Below are positions 54,819 to 64,000 of a stretch of DNA of 64,000 nt, in pieces. The notes beneath the pieces were generated by a model that searched no databases, was not told where the DNA came from, and saw only the letters and a program-made list of their open reading frames with translations. Origin of the DNA: Devosia equisanguinis (lineage in GTDB: Bacteria > Pseudomonadota > Alphaproteobacteria > Rhizobiales > Devosiaceae); the NCBI GenBank assembly GCA_943372435.1, contig CALRYQ010000002.1, forward strand, positions 300,584 to 364,583, written 5' to 3'. How positions within the stretch are numbered: the first letter of the stretch is position 1; each line of letters starts with the position of its first letter. Position numbers and translations under genes: made by a program.

Positions 54819-56642
54819 CTAGAGCGGGCTGGTGGCTGTCTTGAGCCAATCTTTAACCGGCCCCGTCACCAGCGGACCAATCATGGTCCAAACCTGTTGG
54901 TGGTAAGCGTTAAGCCAATCGCGCTCGGCTGGAACAAGTAGGCTGGGGTCGATGAGGCGCTTGTCGATGGGCACAAAGGTGATGGTCTCAAAATCCAAAT
55001 AGCCTTCGGCAATCGCGCTCTGCTGAGTGACGATCAGGTTTTCGATGCGGATGCCAAACTCGCCGGTCTTATAAAATCCGGGCTCGTTTGAGAGGATCAT
55101 CCCTGCTTCCAATGGCGTTGGATAGCGGGGCCCGATGCCCGTTGGCCCTTCATGCACCGACAGAAAAGCGCCAACACCGTGGCCGGTCCCGTGATTATAG
55201 GTCTGACCCACCTGCCAAAGGTGTTGGCGAGCCAAGACGTCGATTTGAGCGCCCGAGGTTCCCTTGGGGAACCGCGCCATCGAGATGGACAACATGCCCT
55301 TGAGCACGCGCGTGAACCGATCGATTTGTTCGGCGGTTGCCGTGCCTGTAGCCATGGTCCGGGTAATGTCGGTGGTGCCCGACAGATATTGAGCGCCGCT
55401 ATCGACCAGCATGATCTCGCCAGCCTTGAGGGTTCTATTGGTTTTGGTCGTCACCCGGTAATGGTTCATGGCACCATTGGCTCCGGCACCGGAGATGGTG
55501 TCAAAACTGGCGTCGACGCAGCTTTCCTCTTCGCGCCGGAATGCTTCCAGCGCGGTAACAATGTCGATTTCGGTCAGGGTGCCCGAAGGCGCATTCTGGT
55601 CAAACCAGTGCAGGAACTTGACCATGGCAACGGCATCCAACCGGTGGGCTTCGCGCATACCAGCGATTTCTGCCGCGTTCTTTCGCGATTTTGGCAACAG
55701 GACCGGATCGCGTTTTTCCAGCAGCTTGGCGCCGGCGGCGGAAAGCGCCGAGGCGATAGCGGCCGGGGCCGTCGCTGGATCGATCAGCACGGTCTTGGCG
55801 TCATGGCCGAGAGCAGCCAGCGCAGCTGGTAAGTCCTTGGCGTCGGCGACCAAGGCAATTCCGGCCAGTTCCTTGGGCAATTCTGCCGTGATTTTTGCGG
55901 CGTCCAGATAGATCGTGGGCAGGCCAGCGCTGGGAATAATGGCAAAGCCAAGCACAAACGGCGTGTTGGGAACGTCGCGCCCGCGCATATTGAACAGCCA
56001 GCAGATTGACTCAGGCAGGGTCAAGACGGTGGCGTCGGCCTGATCGGCGATCAGGCTGGCCTGCAACTCCGCAAGCTTTACGCTAGAGGTTTTTCCGGCG
56101 CGGTTGTGGCCAAGAAATTCGATGGTCGAGACTGGGCCACCAGGACGGTTTTGCCAGATGGCGTCCACCAGATTGTTGACCGGAACCAAGGTGGCGCGGC
56201 CCGAAAGCTTGGTGGCCAGATCAGCAATTTCCCCTGGACTGTGCAGCCATGCATCATAGCCGATACGGCCGTTTTGGGGCGCATAATTGCCGAGGTCGGC
56301 TGACAGCCCGCCTTGCAGCACTTCGTGGACAGTAATGGCACTGGTGTCGGTTTGTGCCGGGGCCTGCAGCGTGTAACGGCTGTCAATGAACAATCCAGCG
56401 CCGGTCCGCCCAACAATGGCGATGCCGGCCGAACCAGTAAAGCCAGTGACATAGGCCAACCGAGCTTCGCCGGGCGGGACCGATTCGCCACGATGGGCGT
56501 CGGCGCGCGGGATCAGGAAGGCATCCAACCCGGCTTTTTCCAGCTCAGCGCGCAGGGCGGCGAGGCGTGGAGCGACGTTTTTTGGGTCGGTTTGTTCGGA
56601 AAAACTCTGAAAGACGGCGGGTGGAAAGGCTTTGGCGGTCAT
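54819..56642 (-). CDS. M24-family aminopeptidase P (Xaa-Pro aminopeptidase)
   Basis: The track ORF is over-extended. ATG 56642 gives 607 aa. Creatinase/prolidase N-terminal domains plus M24 metal ligands (HGTGHGVG, SNEPGFY, IRIEN). Confidence 0.85.
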   Translation of the reverse strand: MTAKAFPPAVFQSFSEQTDPKNVAPRLAALRAELEKAGLDAFLIPRADAHRGESVPPGEARLAYVTGFTGSAGIAIVGRTGAGLFIDSRYTLQAPAQTDTSAITVHEVLQGGLSADLGNYAPQNGRIGYDAWLHSPGEIADLATKLSGRATLVPVNNLVDAIWQNRPGGPVSTIEFLGHNRAGKTSSVKLAELQASLIADQADATVLTLPESICWLFNMRGRDVPNTPFVLGFAIIPSAGLPTIYLDAAKITAELPKELAGIALVADAKDLPAALAALGHDAKTVLIDPATAPAAIASALSAAGAKLLEKRDPVLLPKSRKNAAEIAGMREAHRLDAVAMVKFLHWFDQNAPSGTLTEIDIVTALEAFRREEESCVDASFDTISGAGANGAMNHYRVTTKTNRTLKAGEIMLVDSGAQYLSGTTDITRTMATGTATAEQIDRFTRVLKGMLSISMARFPKGTSGAQIDVLARQHLWQVGQTYNHGTGHGVGAFLSVHEGPTGIGPRYPTPLEAGMILSNEPGFYKTGEFGIRIENLIVTQQSAIAEGYLDFETITFVPIDKRLIDPSLLVPAERDWLNAYHQQVWTMIGPLVTGPVKDWLKTATSPL

Positions 56643-56910
56643 TGGCGGTTCCCTGAGCCGGGGCTGATTCCGGCGTGCCTCACAACGAAGTAACATCGCT
56701 ACTTTAGCTACACTATAATTGCCGCGTAAATGGGGGCGCCAGATTTATTCGTGAATTGCCAAGCGAAGGTTGGGATTAACGAAGCGGTAACGCGCCCTGC
56801 GGCTCGGGCATGGCTGGTTTGTCGCGTTAGGGCTAACCAATGGTTGGTCGACAACCTAAATAGAACGTGTTGACGGCAACAGACCGTTGGCAAAGTGCAT
56901 GGAGATTGCA

Positions 56911-57042
56911 ATGACTGAAAGCAAGAACGACTTCGGAAAGACCCTTGGGTCCATAATTGGCGCCAATGGTCGCGAATCGAGCCGCCAGATCAGCTATCGG
57001 ATGCAGCACCAGCTGATCGGCGCATTCACCAAGCGGCCATAA
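56911..57042 (+). CDS. orphan small ORF (43 codons), hypothetical
   Basis: Below the ORF-track size cut-off. ATG 56911 lies 5 nt after GGAGA and gives MTESKNDFGKTLGSIIGANGRESSRQISYRMQHQLIGAFTKRP, ending at TAA 57040-57042. A plus-strand terminator follows about 35 nt downstream. No recognised family. Confidence 0.4.
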   Translation: MTESKNDFGKTLGSIIGANGRESSRQISYRMQHQLIGAFTKRP

Positions 57043-57075
57043 GGCCGGTCTAGTTTATCGCTGACGATCAATTTG

Positions 57076-57109
57076 ATCCCCGGAGCCCGCTTCGGGGATT
57101 TTGCTTTTG
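57076..57109 (+). terminator. Rho-independent terminator after the small ORF
   Basis: ATCCCCG-(10 nt)-CGGGGAT followed by TTTGCTTTTG. The U-tract is on the plus strand only, so it is oriented for the small ORF rather than for prmA. Confidence 0.6.
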
Positions 57110-57130
57110 TCGGCTGAAGCAACCGGCCTA

Positions 57131-58000
57131 CTAGCGCTTTTCCAGGATCAGGGTCACCCAGTCCTTTTTAACCAACTTTTGGCGCAGCACCATATCGTGT
57201 TGGGCATAGGCGGAAATGACCCGCGCGGCCTGGCGACCCAAAATTCCTGACAGAATGATCGAACAGCCGTGCCCGGCAACTTTGCCCATCGCCGGAGCCA
57301 ATTGGGTGAGGGGGCCCGCCAAAATATTGGCGGCGATCAGATCATAGGGCGCGTTGCGCGCAATGATCTGGTGGTCAAGGCCGGTGGCGACCAGAGGAAT
57401 GATCAACTTACCGACGCCGTTTTGATGGGCATTTTCTGCGGTGGTGGTCACCGCAACCGGATCAATATCGCTGGCGATAACCGCCAATTTTAACCGCTTG
57501 GCCATGGCGATCGCCAAAACGCCGGTGCCGGTGCCGACATCGAGCAGATTGCGCGGCTTGGTGCGTTTCAGGACGCGATCGATGGCTTCAAGGCAGCCCG
57601 TGGTGGTTTCGTGATGGCCAGTGCCAAATGCCTGGGCCGCGTCGATCCGCATGGCGGTCAATCCGGCTGGGATCGGCCCGGTCTCGTGACTTCCATAAAC
57701 ATAAAAGCCCCCGGCGATGACCGGAGCCAGGCCTTCAAGCGATTTGGCCACCCAGTTGATATCGGGGTCGATTGGGGCCACTGAAAAGTCAACGCTTCCG
57801 CCAAGCGTCTGGTGGGCCAGCGTGGCGAATTCTGCGAGGTCTGGCGGGCTATCGCAGGTCGCTTCGAAAAACCACTCACCGGTGTCTTCGTTTTCATGGG
57901 CCGAAGCGGTGAGCGCCAGATCGTCGCGCTCCATGACAGCGTCAACCAGTGCGTAGGCCTGCTCTTTGGACAATGGGGCGGATAGCTGATCGACGGACAT
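57131..58000 (-). CDS. prmA: ribosomal protein L11 methyltransferase
   Basis: SAM motif LDVGTGTGVLAIA and a PrmA-type N-terminal domain. 289 aa from ATG 58000. GTG 58060 (the track start) is an alternative. Confidence 0.85.
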   Translation of the reverse strand: MSVDQLSAPLSKEQAYALVDAVMERDDLALTASAHENEDTGEWFFEATCDSPPDLAEFATLAHQTLGGSVDFSVAPIDPDINWVAKSLEGLAPVIAGGFYVYGSHETGPIPAGLTAMRIDAAQAFGTGHHETTTGCLEAIDRVLKRTKPRNLLDVGTGTGVLAIAMAKRLKLAVIASDIDPVAVTTTAENAHQNGVGKLIIPLVATGLDHQIIARNAPYDLIAANILAGPLTQLAPAMGKVAGHGCSIILSGILGRQAARVISAYAQHDMVLRQKLVKKDWVTLILEKR

Positions 58001-58108
58001 GGGACTTCTCGCTTCGGATTTGGCCCTTGTTGCGGCATTCGTGGCTGGCAAGTCAACCACAGCGCGAGGACTTGACGAGCAAGAGGCTAATGTTCATGAT
58101 TTGTTCAA

Positions 58109-58582
58109 ATGGGGATCGCAATGGAACAAGAAGAACTGACCGCGTTTGTGGTGGCAGCCAAACGGGCTTGTTATGTCGGAGGGGGCGCCAAAATGGCGTC
58201 CAGTCGGCCAGCAAGCCATGATCTGGGGTGGGACGACGGACGCTGGCATTATCGCGACAGCTATTTTGGCGGCACCAATTTCATTGGTCAGGAGACAGTG
58301 TGGCTTGGCGATGAGCCGGTCTGGGCGATGAATTATTATGGCTTCATCACCCGGCCGGACCTCATTGATGGCGAGCGGGCCGGGCAAACCATCAAAGCGG
58401 CGCTTTCGGCGATGTATGACGAGGGGCGGTTTCTCGGCGGGTTCACCTGGAGTGGTCCATATGGCGACTATATTGATGCATCAAGCGGCGATGTCCGTCA
58501 TTTTCAGGGACGCGAAGCGATCAGCTGCGGTGGGGTCGAGGCCTATGCGCTGGTTTATGCGGGCGGGCTGATTGTGCCGTGA
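58109..58582 (+). CDS. hypothetical protein, DUF5680-like
   Basis: 157-aa ORF (ATG 58121 is an alternative start). The pattern WHYRDSYFGGTNFIGQETVW...WAMNYYG recalls DUF5680 proteins, from memory only. Confidence 0.5.
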   Translation: MGIAMEQEELTAFVVAAKRACYVGGGAKMASSRPASHDLGWDDGRWHYRDSYFGGTNFIGQETVWLGDEPVWAMNYYGFITRPDLIDGERAGQTIKAALSAMYDEGRFLGGFTWSGPYGDYIDASSGDVRHFQGREAISCGGVEAYALVYAGGLIVP

Positions 58583-58596
58583 TGGCGGCTTTTGGC

Positions 58597-58914
58597 CTAG
58601 AGTTTGACTGCGGTGCCTGAGACCGAAACCATCAGCATGGAGCCGCCCTGGCCGACGACTTCATAGTCGATATCGACGCCGATCACGGCATCGGCGCCGC
58701 GCTGGCTCGCTGCAGCTTCGAGTTCCTGAAATGCCAAAACGCGCGCATCGGCCAGTGTGCGCTCATAAGCACCGGCGCGGCCGCCGACGATGTCGCGGAT
58801 GCCGGCGAACAGATCCTTGAAAATATTGGCGCCGACGATCACCTCGCCGGTGACTATGCCGAGATATTCGCGGGCCGGGCGGCCTTCGATGGATGGGGTC
58901 GTGGTGACGATCAT
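58597..58914 (-). CDS. YbjQ-family (UPF0145) protein
   Basis: The track ORF is over-extended. ATG 58914 gives 105 aa, [46 protein letters not shown]..., typical of YbjQ. Confidence 0.8.
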   Translation of the reverse strand: MIVTTTPSIEGRPAREYLGIVTGEVIVGANIFKDLFAGIRDIVGGRAGAYERTLADARVLAFQELEAAASQRGADAVIGVDIDYEVVGQGGSMLMVSVSGTAVKL

Positions 58915-59114
58915 GGGGAACTCCGGGGTCTGATATCGTTGTTGCCAGCCAATATAGGAACTGTCGGCGCGCCGCAAAAGGGGTGGCAAAGAGACGCCCC
59001 CGCGCGGGCCCGGCGCGAAGCTGGTGACGATCAACGAACAAAATTTTCGCAATGGATGAGCGCGAACGGGGCGCAGGGGAACGAGCAGCAGGCAATGCTG
59101 GAAACGGGTCTACC

Positions 59115-61454
59115 TCACCCCTTCTTGATAAAGCTATCCAAAACCTTCTTGCGTCCGGCCTGCTCGAAATCAATGGTTAGCTTGTTGCCTTCGATGCCGG
59201 TAATGGCGCCGTAACCAAACTTCAGATGGAAGACGCGTTCGCCGAAACGGTAGGCGGAGGTGGCGCCGCCGAGGTCAACTGAGTGGGCGACCAGGTCACC
59301 GTCAATAGTGAGCGGACCGCCACCCTTGCGACTGGCTTGCTGGGCCTGGGCGCGTTTCCAGCCGGGGGTTTCATAGAGGCTGTCAAACGGGTCGGCTTTG
59401 TTGAAGCGGCTGGTGGCGCCGCCGCCGTAGCCGTAGCCACCATAGGACGAACCGGTGTCTTTGACTTCGACGGCTTCGGTGGGGAGTTCGTCGAGAAAGC
59501 GCGACGGAATGGCCGATTGCCACAGGCCGTGGATGCGCCGGTTTTGGGCCACAGAAATGCGGGCCCGTTTGCGGGCGCGGGTGATGCCGACATAAGCCAG
59601 GCGCCGTTCTTCTTCCAGCCCGGCGCGACCGGATTCATCGAGCGCGCGCTGATGCGGGAACAGGCCTTCCTCCCATCCCGGCAGAAATACGGTGTTGAAT
59701 TCCAGCCCCTTGGCCGAATGCAGGGTCATGATCGAGACGGCATCGCCTTCGTCGCTGGTGGCGCGATCCATCACCAGGGCAATATGTTCCAAAAAGCCGC
59801 CAAGTGATTCAAACTCTTCCATCGAGCGAACCAGCTCTTTGAGGTTTTCAAGCCGTCCGGGGCTGTCGGGTGCCTTGTCGGCCTGCCACATGGCGGTATA
59901 GCCGCTTTCGTCGAGGATTTGCTCGGCCAGCTCAAAATGGGGAATGGTGCGCAGTCGCTCGGCCCAATCATCGAACTGGCCAACCAATTGGCGCAAAGTG
60001 GTGCGCTGTTTGGGTTTGAGCTCTTCGGTTTCAAGCAATTGGCGCACTGCAGCGAGCAGCGGGATCTGCAAATGGCGGGCCGTGTCGAACAGGATTTTGA
60101 GCGTTGAGTCGCCAAGACCGCGCTTGGGGGTATTGATGATGCGTTCAAACGCCAGATCATCGGCGGGCTGGGCGGTCAGGCGCAGATAGGCCAATGCATC
60201 ACGCACTTCTTTGCGCTCGTAAAAGCGCGGACCACCGATGACGCGGTAGTTCAACCCCAGGGTGATGAAGCGTTCTTCAAATTCGCGCATCTGAAACGAA
60301 GCGCGTACCAGAATGGCCATGTCGTTGAGCTGCTCGCCCTGGCGCTGATACTGCTCCAATTCCTCGCCGATGGCGCGGGCCTCTTCTTCGCTATCCCATA
60401 CCGAGGTGACAGCGACCAGCTCGCCTTTTTCGGCAACATCGGTCTGCAAGGTCTTGCCGAGACGCCCCTCGTTGAAGGCAATCAAATGGCTGGCGGCCTG
60501 CAAGATATTGCCGGTCGAGCGATAGTTGCGCTCCAGTTTGATAACCTTGGCGCCCGGGAAATCTTTTTCGAAGCGCAAGATGTTATCGACTTCGGCACCA
60601 CGCCAGCCATAGATCGACTGGTCGTCGTCACCGACCACGCAAATATTGGCTTCGGACGCCGGTCTGCCCTGCGCCAACAGGCGCAACCACAGATATTGGG
60701 CGACATTGCTGTCCTGGTATTCATCCACCAGCATGTAGCGGAACTGCCGGTGGTACTGGGCCAACACGTCCGGATTTTCGCGGAACAGCCGGATGCATTC
60801 GAGCAGCAAATCGCCAAAATCGGCAGCGTTCAGTGTTTTCAGTCGGGCCTGATAATCGGCGTAGAGCTTTTGGCCGTGGCCGTTGGCAAAAAAGGCGCTG
60901 TCGGCCGCCGAAATATCCTTGGGCAGAAGTGCCCGGTTTTTCCAATTGTCCATCATTGCGGCGAACTGTTTGGCGGGCCAGCGTTTTTCGTCGATATTTT
61001 CGACCTCGAGCAGCTGTTTGATCAGCCGGATCTGATCATCGGTGTCCAGAATAGTAAAATCAGGTTTGAGACCAACCAACTCGGCATGGCGGCGCAGAAT
61101 GCGGGTCCCGATGGAGTGAAATGTCCCGAGCCAGGGCATGCCTTCGACCGTTGCACCGACCAGTTTGGCGATGCGCTCCTTCATTTCGCGGGCCGCCTTG
61201 TTGGTGAAGGTCACCGACAAGATTTCGTGGCCGCGAGCCTTGCGCGTCGTCAGAATGTGCGCAATTCGGGTGGTCAGAACCCGCGTCTTGCCAGTGCCAG
61301 CGCCAGCCAGAACCAATAGCGGGCCATCGATGGACAGCACGGCATCGCGCTGTTCCTCGTTTAGTCCGGCCAGATATTCAGCATCGCGGCGGCCAAACTG
61401 GCTGGTGATGGGTCCAGAAGGTGGGCGGGCGAGGCGGTCGGGTTCAGCGGCCAT
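59115..61454 (-). CDS. uvrD: ATP-dependent DNA helicase UvrD/PcrA (DNA helicase II)
   Basis: 779 aa. SF1 motifs GAGTGKTR (I), DEYQDSN (II), VGDDDQSIYGWRGA (III), TLHSAKGLEF (V), and a C-terminal Gly-rich linker plus small beta domain. Confidence 0.92.
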   Translation of the reverse strand: MAAEPDRLARPPSGPITSQFGRRDAEYLAGLNEEQRDAVLSIDGPLLVLAGAGTGKTRVLTTRIAHILTTRKARGHEILSVTFTNKAAREMKERIAKLVGATVEGMPWLGTFHSIGTRILRRHAELVGLKPDFTILDTDDQIRLIKQLLEVENIDEKRWPAKQFAAMMDNWKNRALLPKDISAADSAFFANGHGQKLYADYQARLKTLNAADFGDLLLECIRLFRENPDVLAQYHRQFRYMLVDEYQDSNVAQYLWLRLLAQGRPASEANICVVGDDDQSIYGWRGAEVDNILRFEKDFPGAKVIKLERNYRSTGNILQAASHLIAFNEGRLGKTLQTDVAEKGELVAVTSVWDSEEEARAIGEELEQYQRQGEQLNDMAILVRASFQMREFEERFITLGLNYRVIGGPRFYERKEVRDALAYLRLTAQPADDLAFERIINTPKRGLGDSTLKILFDTARHLQIPLLAAVRQLLETEELKPKQRTTLRQLVGQFDDWAERLRTIPHFELAEQILDESGYTAMWQADKAPDSPGRLENLKELVRSMEEFESLGGFLEHIALVMDRATSDEGDAVSIMTLHSAKGLEFNTVFLPGWEEGLFPHQRALDESGRAGLEEERRLAYVGITRARKRARISVAQNRRIHGLWQSAIPSRFLDELPTEAVEVKDTGSSYGGYGYGGGATSRFNKADPFDSLYETPGWKRAQAQQASRKGGGPLTIDGDLVAHSVDLGGATSAYRFGERVFHLKFGYGAITGIEGNKLTIDFEQAGRKKVLDSFIKKG

Positions 61455-61599
61455 GCGGCTTGACGAATCTCTTTTTGTTCACGTCCCGCAATATAGGCAG
61501 CCGGGCGGGTGCTGTATATGGCTGGACGGTCTGGCCGCTTGGCGGCGCTGGAGACTTGTGATGTGGACTGAGCGATGGCAGGCTTGCGCATAGGCTGTT

Positions 61600-64000
61600 A
61601 TGACCTACACTGGGCAGACCCTTAAGAGCGGACACAACCCCTTGCTAAACCGCATCTATATTGTTGTCGGCTTGTTGGTGATCATTGCTCTGGCGGGTGC
61701 GTTCATTGCGCCTCGGTTCATCCAGTGGAGCGATTATCGTGACCGCATGGAGCAGCTGGCGTCCGGGGTGCTGGGCACCGAGGTGTCCATCCGCGGGGAC
61801 ATCGAGTTTTCGCTGCTGCCGCAGCCACGGCTGCATTTCAGCGATGTCGTTGTCGGCGACGCGGCTCAACCCGCAGCGACAGTGGATCGGGTGGATGCTG
61901 AGTTCTCACTCGTCGATTTTCTGCGCGACAACTACAATGTGACGAGACTGGTATTGGATCGACCTGTTGTCGACCTCACAGTTGACGAGAGCGGGCTGTT
62001 TAGCAGTGGATTTGCCTTGCCGACTGACGGTGGAGCGGAAGGTCGGGTGACGCTGAGCCAGGCGCAAATCCTCAACGCAACCATAAAGCTGGCCGACCTC
62101 CGCTCTGGCGAGAGCTTTGTAGCCGACAATATCAATGGGGATTTGAAACTCGCCGCCATCATTGGCCCATTTCAGTTTCAAGGCGACCTGGACTACGCGC
62201 AAATCCACTACAGCCTGCGCTTTAATACGTCGGCAGTGGATGAGGGCGGCAGTAATCGCCTGACCGGTTTTGTCAGCAATGAGTTGGGCATGTCGCTGGC
62301 CGTCGAAGGGCAGTTTATGCCCGGCATGGCCCCCAAGTTCGACGGGACCATGACCTATCGCCAAAAGCCCCCAGCGACAGCGGTCGCCGGCGATATCCGC
62401 GGCGATCTGGTGTTGGAAAGCAAGGTCACCGGATCGACCGATCGGATCGTGTTGACGGGCTATACGCTGCAGCCAGACGAGAACCGGGCGGGCACACGTT
62501 TGACGGGCGCGGCCAGCGTTCAGCTGGGGCGTCAGCGCAGTTTTGATGCGGTGATTTCGGGGGGCGTGTTTGCGCTGCCACCGCGCGATGCGTCCGAGGA
62601 TTTGTCGAGCCAGCCCTATGATGTGGTGCGGCTGCTGGGCGAGCTGCCGGCGCCAATCCTGCCGCCGATGTCAGGGCGGATTGGGGTGGATCTGGCCGAG
62701 ATTGGCCTGCGCAGTTTCGCACTCCGTTCGGTGCGGGTGGATGCCCATACCGATGGGGCAATTTGGACAGTCGATAGTTTTATCGCACAACTGCCCGGCG
62801 ACACCGAGGTGCGCGCCAGCGGCAGTCTCGGTGTCGGCAATGGCCATCCGAGTTTTGACGGGGCCTTATCGGTCGCTACGCAGCGACTTGATGGCCTTTC
62901 GGCGCTATGGCGCAAGCCGGTCGAAGGCAACCCTATGTTCAATATGCCCGCCACCTGGCAGGGCAAGATATTGCTGGCCGGTGACGCGCTTGGGTTCAGC
63001 GAGGGGGTGTTTACCCTTGATGGCGTCCTCCATAGTCTTGGGCTGCGGGTCGGGTTCGGCACAGAACCGCGGCTGGACGTCACCGGCAAATTCGGCGCGC
63101 TGTCGAGCGAGCACAGCGCCGCGCTTGCGGCGTTGCTACCCGAGGTGCAGGCTGGCCCGGCCTTTGGTATCAGTTTCCCCGATGGCAGCTTTGGCTTGAG
63201 TGGCGCCGGCGCCGAACTGTTCGGTCTGCGCGGGCAGGACCTGGTGGCCGAAGGCCAATGGGCGCGGGACAGGGTGACCTTTACCCGACTGGCTGCGTCG
63301 GACTTGGGCGGAATGTCGCTGGATGCAGCGGTGACGGTGAGCGGCACTGCGACCGCGCCGGTGGTTTGGGGCACGGGTAAGATCGGCGTGCAGAGTCCTC
63401 GGTCTGCCGGGCTCGCTGCCGTCCTCCAGGCCTTGCAGGCAAAATCGGAGGTCGTCGATTATCTTGGGCGACAAGTACCGGCGGCATTGTCCTTTGAGAT
63501 CGGGCAGCCGTTTGCCGAAGGGGGGCAGACGCTGGCTATCAAAGGCAGGCTGAATACAGCGGACCTGGATATGACCGCCCAATTGGGGGGTGGTTTGGCT
63601 GGGATGCTGACGGCACCGTTGGCGCTGACCGCCAGTCTGGAGGGGGCAGATCCCGATGCGCTAACCCAGCAATTGGGTTTTGGTGCGGCCGAGATATTTC
63701 CGCCCGATGGCGACATTTTTGTTGCCGTGAATATGGAAGGCTCCCCGACCAATAGCTTTGCCACGCGGCTCAACGCCAGTGTGGGCGAGGAGCGGGTGGG
63801 TTTTGTTGGCAACCTGTTGCTGGGACCAAATGGCGAGTTGCAGGGTAGCGGCACTCTGGATGGCTATTTGGCCGATGCCGGTGGGCTGGCGCAGGTAATT
63901 GGAGCCCGTGGCCTCAGCCTGCCGATGGTGAGCGGTACGAGCGAGCTGCATTTTGAAGGTGAGCGTTTGTTGCGCTTAAGCGAGATCAACGGCAAGTCGG
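61600..64000 (+). CDS. AsmA-family protein (5' part; continues beyond the right edge)
   Basis: Absent from the track because no stop lies in the window. ATG 61600 follows an in-frame TAG at 61591. Hand translation gives MTYTGQTLKSGHNPLLNRIYIVVGLLVIIALAGAFIAPRFIQWSDYRDRMEQLASGVLGTEVSIRGDIEFSLLPQPRLHFSDVVVGD, an N-terminal TM segment plus an AsmA-like start. Spot checks at 62401 and 63961 stay in frame and look coding. No other frame-1 ORF is listed after 61600. Confidence 0.7.
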   Translation, partial: MTYTGQTLKSGHNPLLNRIYIVVGLLVIIALAGAFIAPRFIQWSDYRDRMEQLASGVLGTEVSIRGDIEFSLLPQPRLHFSDVVVGDAAQPAATVDRVDAEFSLVDFLRDNYNVTRLVLDRPVVDLTVDESGLFSSGFALPTDGGAEGRVTLSQAQILNATIKLADLRSGESFVADNINGDLKLAAIIGPFQFQGDLDYAQIHYSLRFNTSAVDEGGSNRLTGFVSNELGMSLAVEGQFMPGMAPKFDGTMTYRQKPPATAVAGDIRGDLVLESKVTGSTDRIVLTGYTLQPDENRAGTRLTGAASVQLGRQRSFDAVISGGVFALPPRDASEDLSSQPYDVVRLLGELPAPILPPMSGRIGVDLAEIGLRSFALRSVRVDAHTDGAIWTVDSFIAQLPGDTEVRASGSLGVGNGHPSFDGALSVATQRLDGLSALWRKPVEGNPMFNMPATWQGKILLAGDALGFSEGVFTLDGVLHSLGLRVGFGTEPRLDVTGKFGALSSEHSAALAALLPEVQAGPAFGISFPDGSFGLSGAGAELFGLRGQDLVAEGQWARDRVTFTRLAASDLGGMSLDAAVTVSGTATAPVVWGTGKIGVQSPRSAGLAAVLQALQAKSEVVDYLGRQVPAALSFEIGQPFAEGGQTLAIKGRLNTADLDMTAQLGGGLAGMLTAPLALTASLEGADPDALTQQLGFGAAEIFPPDGDIFVAVNMEGSPTNSFATRLNASVGEERVGFVGNLLLGPNGELQGSGTLDGYLADAGGLAQVIGARGLSLPMVSGTSELHFEGERLLRLSEINGKS

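Noticed and set aside
58917-58940. GGAAC-N15-CGTT on the plus strand, next to the ybjQ-like start. This is an EcfG-type promoter look-alike.
   Set aside because: The spacer is too short (15 versus 16-17 nt). It also points into the 3' end of uvrD in antisense, with no downstream ORF. It is probably a chance match.
61455-61599. A possible SOS operator in the divergent uvrD / asmA-like promoter region.
   Set aside because: Only a single GTTC is present (TTTTTGTTCACG), with no second half-site at the required 7-nt spacing.

Overview
This is a high-GC (about 60%) chromosomal window, mostly core genome. Gene content and order look alphaproteobacterial, probably Hyphomicrobiales/Rhizobiales, but that is inference only. 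Left to right: the 5' part of ureD and a minus-strand urtABCDE urea ABC transporter behind a near-consensus sigma-54 promoter. Then a DUF2867-like gene, a roughly 500-bp AT-rich island and a chemoreceptor. Then ald with a divergent Lrp regulator, a cytochrome P450, a YdeP/FdhF-like molybdoenzyme, a TolB-like propeller, ettA and several small enzyme and hypothetical genes. Then rarD, MOSC and DUF2336 genes, an ArsR-methyltransferase (SahR-type) regulator coupled to metF, and a J-domain/TerB protein. RNase P RNA (rnpB) comes next, followed directly by the division/cell-wall (dcw) cluster rsmH-ftsL-ftsI-murE-murF-mraY-[gap]-ftsW-murG-murC-murB-ddl-ftsQ-ftsA-ftsZ. After that come lpxC, bamD, recN, ligA, a four-gene block of secreted hypothetical proteins (three are tandem paralogues), an M24 aminopeptidase, prmA, a YbjQ-like gene, uvrD and the start of an AsmA-family gene. 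I found no CRISPR array, transposase, integrase, phage module, toxin-antitoxin pair or recognisable defence system, and I cannot support a clearly novel system. The points most worth a second look are (1) a dcw cluster lacking both mraZ (rnpB sits in its place) and murD (a 291-bp non-coding gap between mraY and ftsW), (2) the ligA-proximal cluster of secreted proteins, (3) the AT-rich island upstream of the chemoreceptor, (4) an orphan 43-codon ORF with its own RBS and terminator, and (5) structured or repeat elements in three intergenic regions. Many long ORFs on the supplied track are antisense shadows of real genes, as expected in high-GC DNA. Several real genes are over-extended at the 5' end on the track. 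Two edge genes (ureD, asmA-like) are missing from the track because they have no stop codon inside the window.
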